Counted from the stretch's first letter, positions 18,611-29,523 are shown. The stretch is DNA of 64,000 nt from Bacteroidota bacterium (GCA_040388395.1 JAZKBY010000014.1:143800-207799); one strand, 5' to 3'. The notes: generated from the letters alone by a model not told the origin. Translations and numbers: made by a program.

Positions 18611-21600
18611 TTATCTTATTATAGCTATATAGCCACTAACTTTTGGCCTATTATTATTAAGATCGATAACATAATAATAAGTGCCCGACGGCAGGTTACT
18701 GCCTTTGTAAACGCCGTCCCACGGTTTGGCGTAACCTTTTGATTGATACACTAATTCGCCGTTGCGGCTGTAAATATTTACCAGGCAGTTTGGATAACTT
18801 AATAAACCTGTAATGGTCCAAAGATCATTAATGCCGTCGCCGTTTGGCGTGAAGGTGTTGGATGGTAATATTTTAAGAGGTGGCTTAATAGTTAAAGTAA
18901 CCGGTGCACTGGTTGCGGGCGCCGCGCAGCCGCCAGATAAAATTGTACAGGTAACCTTATCGTTATTTAAAAAAGTGGATGAGGTGAAGGTATGGCTATT
19001 TGTGCCTGCGCTATCCCCATTTACCTGCCACTGGTAAGTTATAGCACCTATTGTATTTAAAGGTGTTGCTGTAAATGTAATCAGAGTACCCTCGTACACA
19101 TTATTGGCCGACTCGGCTATGGTAACAGTTGGCGCCGGGCTTGCCGGGGCCGTAATATTAACCGTTAAAGAAGTGGAGTTAGCTGTACTTGAAACAAGGC
19201 ACGGTGTCGAGCTATTTGTAAATGTGCAGGTAACCTTATCGCCATCATTAAAAGTGGTGCCGGTATAAGTACTACTGTTTGTTCCGGCAGCGGCTCCGTT
19301 TAAATACCACTGGTAAATATTGCCCGCGGCTGTATAATTTGGTGTAGCTGTAAAAGTTATCGCGGTGCCACTACAAACCGCGCCGTTTGCCGATGATTGG
19401 ATGGTAATGCTTAAAGCAGACATTGGGGTTATTGTGAATGCCGGAGAAGTACCAAAATCAAAGGCTGAACAGGCAGCATTATTTGTAACCGTACATTTAA
19501 CAATGTCGGCGCCTGTTATTAATGACGATGTATATGTATTGCTGTTTGTACCCACGTTGCTCCCATTTACCTGCCATTGATAAGTGGGGTTGGTGAGCAA
19601 TGCAAGATTGCTAACGGCAGCTGTAAAAGTAACTGATGCGCCTGCACAAATAGTTAAATTATTGGGTGTAGCACTATTATTGGGTGTAACACTTACTATT
19701 GGCCTTAGGCCCTCGGTAACTACTAATGTTTGCGACACAGGTGCTGCGTCGTCATAAAAACTTGCATCTCCAACCTGTGATGCGGTTATGATAGTAGTAC
19801 CCCCACGCGTAATATGTATAATCCCGCTATTATCTATAGTTGCGACTGCCGTATTGCTGCTTGTATAAGTAATAGGGTGCGTAGCAGAAGTTGCGCTGGT
19901 AGCACCGCTTGAAAAATCTGTAGAACAAAGAGTTTTTGCTGCTATAGCCGGGAAAATGATTTGCTGGCTTAGCTTAAAAGTTGCTGTGGTAGTCGCACTT
20001 CCCGCTGTAAAATGTGCCGTAGCGCCCTGCGATGCGGTGATGGTAACCGTGCCGGCGCCCACCCTATGTAAAACGCCATTGGCATCAACACTTATAACCG
20101 CCGGGTTGTCGCTGGTATAGGTAACCGGCGCTTCGTCGTTGTTAGTTGTAACAGATGGTGTAACCGTATTATCAGCATTAGTTTTTAAAGCAGGCGTATT
20201 AAATGTTATGGTAGTTGCTGATGTGTTTGCTACTTCAAGGTTTAACCTAAAAGTACTGCTGCCGCCACCATTGTAAGCGGTAATGGTATACGTTTGCATT
20301 GACGATGGCGCAACCGGTTTGCCGCTAATTATGCCGGTTTTTTGGTCAAAAGACAATCCCAGGGGTAATACTTTATCTATCTGATAACCGGATACAACTA
20401 CCTTCATCACTTTAGTAGCGTTATCGCCGATGTAGAGATTGCCAAGCCCATCAAGCACCGCACCGACAATAGTTGTTGTAAACGTAGCTAACGTAGTTGC
20501 TATATTGGCAGGCGTTATTCTTACTACTCTTTGGTTAAGCTGATCTGTTACATAAATATTACCACTGCCATCAACCTTTACGTCACGCGGAGATTTTAAG
20601 GTGCCTGCGGGGATCGGAATAGTTGTTAGATCGCCATTGCCAGTTACTTTTTGTATACGGTTATTGTCCGCGTCGGCGATATATAAATTACCAGAGGCAT
20701 CTATGCCGACTCCACTTGGTGATTTAAGCGTTCCGGCGTCAAAAACGGTGGAAACGAGGGCTGTTTTGGTATCTATTTTTCGTATTAAATTATTCCCGAA
20801 ATCGGCCACATAAATATTGTCAGATGCATCTATTGCTAATCCCCGGGGCGCACTAAAAGTTGCAGCATTGCCTATGCCATCAAACTTTCCGGCAGTTGAC
20901 GTAACACTGCCGGCAAAAGTTGATACGGTGCCTCCGGGTGTTATTTTTCTTATGGCATTATTGGTCTGGTCTGACACATATATATTGCCAAAAGAATCAA
21001 AAACAATACCTATAGGATTCGCGAAATTGGATATGGCGGCAGGCCCGTTAGTATTGCCTGAGGAGGTGTTCCCCGCCACTATTGTAACAGTACCCGTTAT
21101 AGCATCTATTTTTTGGATTTGGTTTGAACCGGTGGTTGTTACATATATATTGCCCAATGGGTCCGTAGCCACAGCTGTACTGCGGTTAAACCCGCTTGCT
21201 ACTTCTGTGGTTTCTCCATATATCGTAGCAGGCACTGCACCGCCGGTGTTAGTTGGTGCTAAAGGTGTAATTGTTACGCCTGGGCTATAAGTTTGTGGTG
21301 ACGCATAACTGATTTGCGGCGCCAGGATTTTAGGCGGTGCTGGTAAACCGTTAACCTGGATCTGTAAAGTGGTAGAACTGCTCCCGCTTATATTGTATGC
21401 AGTTATAGTATAATTTGTAGCCACAGAAGGAGCTGTAGGCGTACCACTTATAATTCCTGTGGTAGCATCAAACGTTAGGCCAGGGGGTAAGGTTTGATCG
21501 ATGCTGTAACCTGTTAGGTTTAGTTTTCTTAACCGGTTATTGGCTTTGTCGGCTATATACATGTTGCCTGTATTATCAAATACTATGTCAGCAGGGGTGC

Positions 21601-23902
21601 TAAAACTGGCAGCAGGGCCAATACCGTTGGCGGTTCCGGCTGCCCCGCCGGGATTACCGGCCAGGCTGATAAGGCTGCCGTTGGGAGTTAACTTAAAGAT
21701 CTGATGTTTAACACCAGCGGCAAAATATAGGTTACCGGTAGCATCGGTCCTCATCCCATTAGGAATGCCATTATAGTTTATGTTTGATCCACTAAGCGTA
21801 GTTACTTGTCCGCCCGAAATAATCCTTATCATGTTATTAATGCCCTGATCGGCTACATATACAGTGCCTGATGTATTTACGGCAACATACGTTGGGCCCC
21901 TAAATGTGGCTGTTGCAGCGGGGCCGTTTGTTATGCCAAGGGCACCGGTTCCGGCAAGTGTTGTAACAACCCCGGTCTTGGTTATCATCCTGATGGCATT
22001 ATTGCCCTGGTCGGCCACATAAATATTATCATTGGCATCAATAGCTAAACCATAAGGTTGTTTAAATTGCGCCGCAGTGCCTGTTCCATCTAACAAACCT
22101 GCCGAGCCGCTGCCCGCAAATGTGCTGACGATACCTGTGGAAATGGTAATTTTACGAATTGTATTATATAAATTATCAGCTACAAACATATTACCCTGGC
22201 TGTCAAAAACTATCCCGCTTGGCGCACCAAAAGTTTCTGTTCCCAAAGGGCCGTCAATATTGCTGGATACATTAGCCTTTCCCGCAAATGTTGTTACTAT
22301 ACCGGCTGGCGTTATTTTGCTTATAACCCTCTTACCAAACTCGGCTACATAAAGGTTGCCCGCGGCATCAAAAGCTAATGACGTTGGTGTATTAAAACCT
22401 ACCGGGGTGACAGGAAAATTGGTTACCTGCCCATAAACATTTGCAGGTACTGTGCCGCCGTTATTGGTTGGCTGTAATGGTGTTATAGCCGTGGTTGCGG
22501 TATAAACTTGCGGGGTAACATAGCTAATATCCGGTGGATTACCTGCCGGTGGAGTAACATTAGTTGCGTTTACGGTAATGTTAACGGTGGTAGTACTGCT
22601 GCCACCTATATTATAACCGGTAACTGTGTAATTGGTTGATGGCCACGCTGCGGTTGGCGTACCGCTAAAAGCACCACTGGCAACATCAAATTGAATCCCG
22701 GGAGGCAGTGATTGTGGCGAGATGGAATAGCCGGTTGCGTTAACTTTCCTTATCATGTTATTGTCCTGATCGGCAATAAACAGGTTGCCTTCTGCATCTA
22801 TTTCAACATCCTGTGGTCTTTTAAAAGTAGCAGCAACGCCATTTGCCGAACCGCTAGTGCCATCGCCGGCCATAAGTATTAATGAGCCCGATGATGTGAT
22901 CTCGAAAATTTTATTCTTGCTCAGGCTAACAAAATATAAGTTTCCGCCAGGGGTAATTTTTAGCCCGCCGGGAACACCGATATCAGCGAGTGCAGGCGGA
23001 ACACCCGGCAAATTGCCGGCAATGGTAGTAACCACTCCGCCGGGTGTTATTTTTCGGATAGCATTGTTACCACCGTCTGACACATACACATTCCCTGCGG
23101 CATCGGTAGTAAGATAACCGGGTAACGTAAATCGTGCCGCTGGACCGGTGCCGTTAGCCTGGCCAAAAGTGCCGTTGCCTGCCAAAGTTGTTACTTGCCC
23201 TAAATTGTCTATTTTACGTATCGCATGATTCTGAAGGTCTGCAACGTAAATATTGTCGTTAGCATCAATAGCTAAACCATAAGGTTCATTAAAAGTTGCC
23301 GTAGCAACCGGGCCATTTGTAAACCCGGATGTTCCGGTACCTGCAAAGGTGGTAACTATACCGTTAGCTGTAATTTTTCGGATGGTGTGGCCGGTGTAAT
23401 CGGCTACAAACATATTTCCGCCACTATCAAATGCCACCGACGTGGGCCCCATGAAGGTAGCCGTGAAAACCGAGCCGTTTGTATTGCCCGGCGTATTTAA
23501 TATCCCGGCAAAAGTGCTAACTACACCATTAGCCGTAATTTTGCGAATTATTTTATTGTTATATTCAGGAACATAAAAGTTGCCGGCCGCATCTTTTGTA
23601 ATAGATTGGGGCGCGTTAAACTTTGCTACCGTGCTTGCACCATCAGTGCTTCCGGCAGTACCGCTACCTGCAAACCTACTTGTGGCCTGGTAAATATATG
23701 CGGGCACAATCCCACCTGTATTGGTTGGAAACAGTGTAGTTAACGGGATATTTACTGTATAAACTTGTGGGTTAGGGTAACTAATATTCGGAGCCTGTCC
23801 GCAAACACTATTAGCAATCAATAAAAATAAACCCCATACCAATCCCTTCCGGCAAAAATTGCCGCTTAAAAACCTATGTGTCGCTTTTCTTATCAGGCTC
23901 AT
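18611..23902 (-). CDS. Large T9SS type-B (gliding motility-associated CTD) surface protein with three NHL beta-propellers and Ig-like domains
   Basis: Signal peptide; many P.G.A.D..GN.YVAD..N..IRKI NHL repeats; LP.GL.FD..TG.ISGTPT putative Ig motifs; C-terminal NTFTPNGDGIND.W...GTYYYVI...GY..IIR. Confidence 0.92.
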   Translation of the reverse strand: MSLIRKATHRFLSGNFCRKGLVWGLFLLIANSVCGQAPNISYPNPQVYTVNIPLTTLFPTNTGGIVPAYIYQATSRFAGSGTAGSTDGASTVAKFNAPQSITKDAAGNFYVPEYNNKIIRKITANGVVSTFAGILNTPGNTNGSVFTATFMGPTSVAFDSGGNMFVADYTGHTIRKITANGIVTTFAGTGTSGFTNGPVATATFNEPYGLAIDANDNIYVADLQNHAIRKIDNLGQVTTLAGNGTFGQANGTGPAARFTLPGYLTTDAAGNVYVSDGGNNAIRKITPGGVVTTIAGNLPGVPPALADIGVPGGLKITPGGNLYFVSLSKNKIFEITSSGSLILMAGDGTSGSANGVAATFKRPQDVEIDAEGNLFIADQDNNMIRKVNATGYSISPQSLPPGIQFDVASGAFSGTPTAAWPSTNYTVTGYNIGGSSTTTVNITVNATNVTPPAGNPPDISYVTPQVYTATTAITPLQPTNNGGTVPANVYGQVTNFPVTPVGFNTPTSLAFDAAGNLYVAEFGKRVISKITPAGIVTTFAGKANVSSNIDGPLGTETFGAPSGIVFDSQGNMFVADNLYNTIRKITISTGIVSTFAGSGSAGLLDGTGTAAQFKQPYGLAIDANDNIYVADQGNNAIRMITKTGVVTTLAGTGALGITNGPAATATFRGPTYVAVNTSGTVYVADQGINNMIRIISGGQVTTLSGSNINYNGIPNGMRTDATGNLYFAAGVKHQIFKLTPNGSLISLAGNPGGAAGTANGIGPAASFSTPADIVFDNTGNMYIADKANNRLRKLNLTGYSIDQTLPPGLTFDATTGIISGTPTAPSVATNYTITAYNISGSSSTTLQIQVNGLPAPPKILAPQISYASPQTYSPGVTITPLAPTNTGGAVPATIYGETTEVASGFNRSTAVATDPLGNIYVTTTGSNQIQKIDAITGTVTIVAGNTSSGNTNGPAAISNFANPIGIVFDSFGNIYVSDQTNNAIRKITPGGTVSTFAGSVTSTAGKFDGIGNAATFSAPRGLAIDASDNIYVADFGNNLIRKIDTKTALVSTVFDAGTLKSPSGVGIDASGNLYIADADNNRIQKVTGNGDLTTIPIPAGTLKSPRDVKVDGSGNIYVTDQLNQRVVRITPANIATTLATFTTTIVGAVLDGLGNLYIGDNATKVMKVVVSGYQIDKVLPLGLSFDQKTGIISGKPVAPSSMQTYTITAYNGGGSSTFRLNLEVANTSATTITFNTPALKTNADNTVTPSVTTNNDEAPVTYTSDNPAVISVDANGVLHRVGAGTVTITASQGATAHFTAGSATTTATFKLSQQIIFPAIAAKTLCSTDFSSGATSATSATHPITYTSSNTAVATIDNSGIIHITRGGTTIITASQVGDASFYDDAAPVSQTLVVTEGLRPIVSVTPNNSATPNNLTICAGASVTFTAAVSNLALLTNPTYQWQVNGSNVGTNSNTYTSSLITGADIVKCTVTNNAACSAFDFGTSPAFTITPMSALSITIQSSANGAVCSGTAITFTATPNYTAAGNIYQWYLNGAAAGTNSSTYTGTTFNDGDKVTCTFTNSSTPCLVSSTANSTSLTVNITAPASPAPTVTIAESANNVYEGTLITFTATPLNTIGAITYQWQVNGDSAGTNSHTFTSSTFLNNDKVTCTILSGGCAAPATSAPVTLTIKPPLKILPSNTFTPNGDGINDLWTITGLLSYPNCLVNIYSRNGELVYQSKGYAKPWDGVYKGSNLPSGTYYYVIDLNNNRPKVSGYIAIIR

Positions 23903-23973
23903 AAGGCAGGGGCTATCAAAAATAAAAAAAATCCCCTGAAAGCCAACAGCTTAACAGTATAAAAATGGATGGC

Positions 23974-23997
23974 AAATGTTATGCATGCATAACATTT
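23974..23997. promoter_or_regulatory. Perfect 24-bp palindrome, candidate operator upstream of icmF
   Basis: aaatgttatgca|tgcataacattt, just upstream of the TAATTTTG -7 element at 24014-24021. Confidence 0.5.
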
Positions 23998-24039
23998 TTA
24001 ACGTAAATTTTATTAATTTTGTTTTATACCAACTATACT

Positions 24040-27000
24040 ATGGATAGCGTCGCTTATCAGTCTGCCAATAAAATACGTTTTGTTACCGCTGCTTCATTGT
24101 TTGACGGGCACGATGCTACCATAAACATTATGCGCCGCATACTGCAGGCCAGCGGCGCCGAGGTTATTCACCTGGGCCATAACCGCAGCGTTGACGAAGT
24201 AGTAAACTGCGCCATACAGGAAGATGTACAAGGCATAGCGCTAACCAGCTACCAGGGCGGGCACGTAGAGTATTTTAAGTATATGCACGACCTGCTTGCC
24301 GAACGCGGCGCGGGTCATATCAAAATATTTGGCGGCGGTGGCGGGGTATTCCTCCCGCACGAGATAAAAGAATTGCAGGATTACGGTATCAGTAAAATCT
24401 ACTCTCCCGACGATGGCCGTACGATGGGTCTGCAAGGCATGATAAATGACATGCTGAAACAGTGCGATTTTAAAACTGTAACCCACTTAAACGGTCAATT
24501 AAAACAAATAGGCGATAAAGACGCGCATGCGATAGCAAGCCTGATAACGCTGGCTGAGGCCGGCACTACAATACCTGCTACTGCACCTGCTACCAAAACT
24601 ATCCCCGTTATCGGCATAACCGGTACAGGAGGCTCTGGCAAATCATCATTGGTTGATGAACTGGTGCGCCGCTTTTTGATGGAGACGGATATTACGCTGG
24701 CTATTATTTCTGTCGACCCAAGCAAACGCAAAACAGGCGGTGCTTTATTGGGCGACAGGATAAGGATGAATGCTATTAATAGTCCGCGGGTTTATATGCG
24801 CAGCTTGGCTACGCGGCAGGCTAATCTGGCTTTGAGTAAACATGTGCAAGAGTCGGTTGATATTTGTAAGGCGGCGGGGTATGACCTGATCATCGTTGAA
24901 ACATCGGGCATTGGGCAGAGCGATACCATGATAACCGATTATTGCGACCTGTCGCTCTACGTAATGACCCCCGAATTTGGCGCGGCATCGCAATTAGAAA
25001 AAATTGATATGCTGGACTTCGCCGACATGGTGGCCCTTAACAAGTTTGATAAACGCGGCGCGTTAGATGCTATCCGCGATGTGCGCAAGCAATACAAACG
25101 CAACCATAAATTATTTGAGGCAAAGGATGCTGATCTGCCAATTTACGGTACCATGGCATCGCAGTTTAACGACCCTGGAATGAACGCCTTGTTTGCTGCG
25201 TTGGTGGATAAAGTGACGGTTAAAACTGGTGTGACAATAAAGTTAAATGATATTATCAGTTTAGGTGATAGCGAAGCGGAGAAAATTTACATCATCCCGC
25301 CCGAACGTACCCGTTACCTGGCAGAAATTGCCGAAAGCAGCGATGCTTATACCAAATGGGTAAATGAGCAATGTAAAATTGCGCAGCAGTTGTGGCAAGT
25401 TAAAGGGGTAATGGAAATTGTAGAGACGCAAAATGTTGCGTCTCTACGTGACATTGAAAAACACCTGGAGGAACAATTACATCCCGATTGTAAACGCCTG
25501 CTGGCTGATTGGCCCGCCACGGTTGAAAAATATAAGGCGCCTGATTTTATTTATAAAGTGCGCGATAAAGAGATCAAACAGCCGTTGTTTTATACCTCGT
25601 TATCGCAATTGCAGATCCCTAAAATATCCCTGCCTAAATATGAGGCATGGGGTGATATTTTACGCTGGCTGTTAACCGAGAATGTACCCGGAGAATTTCC
25701 ATATGCTGCGGGCGTGTTCCCGTTAAAACGTGAAGGCGAGGACCCAACCCGGATGTTTGCCGGCGAGGGCGGCCCGGAGCGGACAAACAAGCGTTTTCAT
25801 TATGTCTCGTTAGGCCAGCCGGCGCATAGGTTAAGTACCGCGTTTGATTCTGTTACGCTTTATGGCGAGGACCCTCATGTACGCCCTGATATCTATGGTA
25901 AAATAGGCAATGCCGGAGTAAGCATAGCCACGCTTGACGATGCCAAGAAACTCTATTCAGGTTTTGATCTATGCGACCCGTCAACATCGGTATCTATGAC
26001 CATAAACGGCCCCGCACCTATGCTACTTGGGTTTTTTATGAACGCGGCTATCGATCAGCAATGCGAAAAATATATCATTGAAAATAAGCTGGAACATTTG
26101 GTTGAGGCTAAGTTTAAGGAAGTTTATGATGATCGGGGGTTGGTGCGTCCGAAGTACGGCGTTGGCAACAAGCCTGGTAGCCTCACCCTAAATCCCTCTC
26201 CAAAGGAGAGGGACTTCGATGCAGGGAGAAAAAGATTTGGGTATGAAACGGCTAATTTGAAGCTATGGGAGACCTTAAAAGGAAATGCACGCGATAACAG
26301 GCAATACCCTACCGAAGCAGAAAATATTTTATGGCAGTTCCTTAGAAATAATCAAACTGGATTTAAGATCAGAAGGCAACATGCTATTGATGGTTATATT
26401 GCTGATTTCGTTTGCTTGCCAAAAGGATTGGTAATTGAAGTAGATGGAGGGTATCATAATATTACTACAGAACAGGATCAAGTAAGAACTACGGTTTTAA
26501 ATGGCGAAGGATTCTCGGTAATCCGCTTTACTAATGAGGAGGTGATAAGAGATCCTAAATCGGTAGTAAAAGAAATTACTAAAGCGCTTATTAATCAATC
26601 AGACAGGCAAGTCCTCTCCTTTGGAGAGGATTTAGGTGAGGCTAACGAAGCGGCTAATGAGACAAGTTTACCAACCGGAAATGATGGCTTAGGGCTAATG
26701 CTTCTTGGCCTAACCGGCGACCAGGTTTTACCAGCCGACATCTATCAAAAAATAAAAGCCTACGCTATTGCCACGGTACGCGGTACCGTGCAGGCTGATA
26801 TTTTGAAAGAAGACCAGGCGCAAAATACCTGCATCTTTAGCACCGAATTTGCCCTGCGCATGATGGGCGATATGCAACAATATTTTATCGACGAAAAGGT
26901 GCGTAATTTTTATTCGGTATCCATATCCGGCTACCATATTGCCGAGGCGGGAGCAAATCCGGTTACGCAGCTGGCGTTCACCTTATCAAACGGGTTTACT

Positions 27001-27879
27001 TATTTAGAGTATTACCTGAGTCGCGGGATGCATATTGATGATTTCGCGCCTAACCTGTCGTTCTTTTTCAGCAACGGGATAGATCCTGAATATTCGGTTA
27101 TCGGCCGTGTTGCACGTCGCATCTGGGCCAAAGCCATCAAGAATAAATATAAGGGTAATGACCGATCACAAAAACTGAAATATCATATCCAAACCAGCGG
27201 GAGGTCACTGCATGCGCAGGAGATTGATTTTAATGATATCCGTACCACACTGCAAGCTTTGTACGCTATTTATGATAATTGTAATTCGTTGCACACTAAC
27301 GCTTATGATGAGGCCATAACAACGCCAACCGAAGAATCGGTTCGCCGGGCAATGGCTATACAATTGATCATTAACCGCGAATTGGGATTAGCCAAAAATG
27401 AAAACCCTATCCAGGGCGCATTCATCATAGAAGAACTAACCGACCTTGTAGAGCAGGCGGTGATGACCGAGTTCAAAAACATCAATGATCGCGGCGGGGT
27501 TTTGGGCGCTATGGAAACCATGTATCAGCGAAGCAAGATCCAGGAAGAATCGTTGTATTACGAAACATTAAAACACAATGGCGAGTATCCGATAGTAGGC
27601 GTAAATACCTTCCTCAACAAAAAAGGATCGCCAACCATAACACCAGGTGAAGTGATCCGTGCTACCGAGGAAGAGAAACAATACCAGATAAGCGCATTAC
27701 ATGCCTTCCAGGAGCGTAATGCCGATATGATAGGCCAACTGTTGCAAAACCTGCAACACACCGCAATAGCCGGCGAAAACATCTTTGAAAGCCTGATGGA
27801 AGCATGTAAGTATTGCTCGCTGGGGCAAATCTCGCATGCGTTGTATGAGGTGGGCGGACAGTATAGGAGGAATATGTAA
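24040..27879 (+). CDS. icmF: Fused B12-dependent acyl-CoA mutase/MeaB GTPase (IcmF-type) carrying in-frame insertions
   Basis: N-terminal B12 domain (DGHD..IN), GTPase ([25 protein letters not shown]) and mutase domain ([47 protein letters not shown]). ATG at 24040. Confidence 0.93.
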   Translation: MDSVAYQSANKIRFVTAASLFDGHDATINIMRRILQASGAEVIHLGHNRSVDEVVNCAIQEDVQGIALTSYQGGHVEYFKYMHDLLAERGAGHIKIFGGGGGVFLPHEIKELQDYGISKIYSPDDGRTMGLQGMINDMLKQCDFKTVTHLNGQLKQIGDKDAHAIASLITLAEAGTTIPATAPATKTIPVIGITGTGGSGKSSLVDELVRRFLMETDITLAIISVDPSKRKTGGALLGDRIRMNAINSPRVYMRSLATRQANLALSKHVQESVDICKAAGYDLIIVETSGIGQSDTMITDYCDLSLYVMTPEFGAASQLEKIDMLDFADMVALNKFDKRGALDAIRDVRKQYKRNHKLFEAKDADLPIYGTMASQFNDPGMNALFAALVDKVTVKTGVTIKLNDIISLGDSEAEKIYIIPPERTRYLAEIAESSDAYTKWVNEQCKIAQQLWQVKGVMEIVETQNVASLRDIEKHLEEQLHPDCKRLLADWPATVEKYKAPDFIYKVRDKEIKQPLFYTSLSQLQIPKISLPKYEAWGDILRWLLTENVPGEFPYAAGVFPLKREGEDPTRMFAGEGGPERTNKRFHYVSLGQPAHRLSTAFDSVTLYGEDPHVRPDIYGKIGNAGVSIATLDDAKKLYSGFDLCDPSTSVSMTINGPAPMLLGFFMNAAIDQQCEKYIIENKLEHLVEAKFKEVYDDRGLVRPKYGVGNKPGSLTLNPSPKERDFDAGRKRFGYETANLKLWETLKGNARDNRQYPTEAENILWQFLRNNQTGFKIRRQHAIDGYIADFVCLPKGLVIEVDGGYHNITTEQDQVRTTVLNGEGFSVIRFTNEEVIRDPKSVVKEITKALINQSDRQVLSFGEDLGEANEAANETSLPTGNDGLGLMLLGLTGDQVLPADIYQKIKAYAIATVRGTVQADILKEDQAQNTCIFSTEFALRMMGDMQQYFIDEKVRNFYSVSISGYHIAEAGANPVTQLAFTLSNGFTYLEYYLSRGMHIDDFAPNLSFFFSNGIDPEYSVIGRVARRIWAKAIKNKYKGNDRSQKLKYHIQTSGRSLHAQEIDFNDIRTTLQALYAIYDNCNSLHTNAYDEAITTPTEESVRRAMAIQLIINRELGLAKNENPIQGAFIIEELTDLVEQAVMTEFKNINDRGGVLGAMETMYQRSKIQEESLYYETLKHNGEYPIVGVNTFLNKKGSPTITPGEVIRATEEEKQYQISALHAFQERNADMIGQLLQNLQHTAIAGENIFESLMEACKYCSLGQISHALYEVGGQYRRNM
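25420..25447. repeat. GTAG-type REP palindrome inserted in frame in icmF (encodes VETQNVASL)
   Basis: gtagagacgcaa-aatg-ttgcgtctctac, 12-bp perfect stem; sister copy at 30361-30385. Confidence 0.8.
26179..26643 (+). mobile_element. DUF559 endonuclease cassette with hairpin terminal inverted repeats, inserted in frame in icmF
   Basis: Left IR 26179-26216 agcctcaccctaaatccctctccaaaggagagggactt. Right IR 26609-26643 (reverse complement agcctcacctaaatcctctccaaaggagaggactt). Length 465 nt = 155 codons. Interior encodes T.AE..LW..LR..RRQ..YIADF..L.IEVDG.YH..D..R...L...G..V.RF.NEEV. Confidence 0.88.
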
Positions 27880-27886
27880 GAGGTTT

Positions 27887-29434
27887 CTATCTATGAAAAT
27901 CCAAATCCTGAAAATCATAACTGAAATCTGTTGCCGGGGTTAGCGGTTTCATTTTAAAGCCCGAAGGTTTATTATTCTCATCCATAGATACAATTACAAA
28001 CGCGTCGGCATTCATATCGCGAATAAGCCATTTAACAATATAAGTATTGGCTTTGTAAGGCAGCAGCTCGCCGGTTAGTTTTGGCGACCGTTTAGCCCTG
28101 AACATTATTTTGCCCTGGTCATTGCTGATGGTTACATCGCCCAGCCAAACATCATGATAGGTGCCCAAAACAGTCGCATCTACTTTTATGCCTGCCTTTT
28201 TGCTGTCGTCAACCTGTTTCCATATAGCGTTCAACGCAGCATCATTGTCCCCCTGCGATTTTTTGATGGCATCATCATAACGTTTCACCCAATCAACAGT
28301 ATTTACACCTAAGTAACTATCCTTAATTTCATTAACTATCGAACTGAATGCGGCGCCAGATTGTTGGTTGGTCAATACAATAATCCCCAGTTTAAGTTCT
28401 GGTATCAGGTTCACCTTGGTTACCATTCCATCGATGCCTCCTGTATGGTTCACTTCTTTATAACCTTTTACATCGCTCATGAACCAACCTAACCCATAGG
28501 CCGCGAAGTGCGTATTGTATACCCCGGGCGCCGCAACAGGTATAATAGTTTGCGGGCTCCACATCTGGTTATGGATCGCCTCGCTGAATAACTGTTTGCC
28601 AACACCATATTTGCCGTTATTCATTTGCATGATAACCCATTTAGCAAGGTCATTAACGCTTGAATAAATACCGCCCGCCGCATTGCCGGTTACCGACAGA
28701 TAACGGTCCACAACCTCGACCTTGCCGTCAATAGGCACGTGGGAATCAATAACATTGCTGCGGTTTTTTAACCGTTGGTAGGATGCCGAGCTATTGTTCA
28801 TGCCTAATGGCTTCATAATGCGGGTTTCTATAAATTCCTCCCAACTCATACCCGACACGCGGGCAACAACCTCGCCTGCCACTTTGTAAAGCTGGTTATC
28901 ATAATCGTACTTGGTACGGAAACTCGATACCGGCTTAAAATAGCGCAGGTTATGTATTACATCCTTCATGGTAAAATCCGTCGAATCGGGGAAGTCCATC
29001 AGGTCGCCTGCGCCCAAACCCAATCCGCTGCGGTGTGTAAGCAGGTCGCGAATAGTAAATTCGGACGTTACCCAGGGGTCATATAATTTAAACTCGGGGA
29101 TATAATCGGTTACTTTATCATCCAACTTCAATTTACCTTCGTCGCTTAATATACCAATTGCAGCCACGGTAAAGGCCTTGCTGTTTGAGGCGATGCCGAA
29201 CAGTGTATTGGCATCAACCGGCTTTTTGGTATTTAAGGATGCTATACCATAGCCATGCGCGTAAACTATCTTATCATCCTTAACAACCGCTACGGCAATG
29301 CCGGGAACGTCAAAAGTTTTAAGGGTTTTTAAAACCAACGAGTCGATTTGAGCTGGTTTAAGTTGGGCAGCAGCGTTGTTGATTTTTAATGCTGATAAGA
29401 TAACCAGCACCGATAAGGTTCTAAATTTCGACAT
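27887..29434 (-). CDS. Serine hydrolase, beta-lactamase/AmpC family with C-terminal DUF3471-like domain
   Basis: Signal peptide; F.IASNSKAF (SxxK), LLTHRSG, Y.N (YDN) and HTGG motifs. Confidence 0.9.
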   Translation of the reverse strand: MSKFRTLSVLVILSALKINNAAAQLKPAQIDSLVLKTLKTFDVPGIAVAVVKDDKIVYAHGYGIASLNTKKPVDANTLFGIASNSKAFTVAAIGILSDEGKLKLDDKVTDYIPEFKLYDPWVTSEFTIRDLLTHRSGLGLGAGDLMDFPDSTDFTMKDVIHNLRYFKPVSSFRTKYDYDNQLYKVAGEVVARVSGMSWEEFIETRIMKPLGMNNSSASYQRLKNRSNVIDSHVPIDGKVEVVDRYLSVTGNAAGGIYSSVNDLAKWVIMQMNNGKYGVGKQLFSEAIHNQMWSPQTIIPVAAPGVYNTHFAAYGLGWFMSDVKGYKEVNHTGGIDGMVTKVNLIPELKLGIIVLTNQQSGAAFSSIVNEIKDSYLGVNTVDWVKRYDDAIKKSQGDNDAALNAIWKQVDDSKKAGIKVDATVLGTYHDVWLGDVTISNDQGKIMFRAKRSPKLTGELLPYKANTYIVKWLIRDMNADAFVIVSMDENNKPSGFKMKPLTPATDFSYDFQDLDFHR

Positions 29435-29523
29435 GATGAGATCAGTTGTGTGCGTTACTAAAATACAAAATTTATGTCAACTTCATCCTGATCCGCTATC
29501 CCTAACCACGATAACCTTGTTAT

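Noticed and set aside
26179-26643. Intein or self-splicing intron interpretation of the icmF insert
   Set aside because: The insert starts with Ser but has no Hint blocks and no terminal His-Asn/Gln followed by Cys/Ser/Thr. No group I/II core is visible. The DNA inverted repeats explain the boundaries better.
26161-26670. Target-site duplication around the DUF559 cassette
   Set aside because: The flanks (aacaagcctggt / aacgaagcggct) share no convincing direct repeat. About 10 extra residues outside the IRs may be older debris, so the exact ancestral site needs an ortholog alignment.
27887-29434. Beta-lactam resistance gene
   Set aside because: It has the AmpC-like fold but a long C-terminal extension typical of esterase/peptidase-type serine hydrolases; nothing in the sequence supports beta-lactamase activity.
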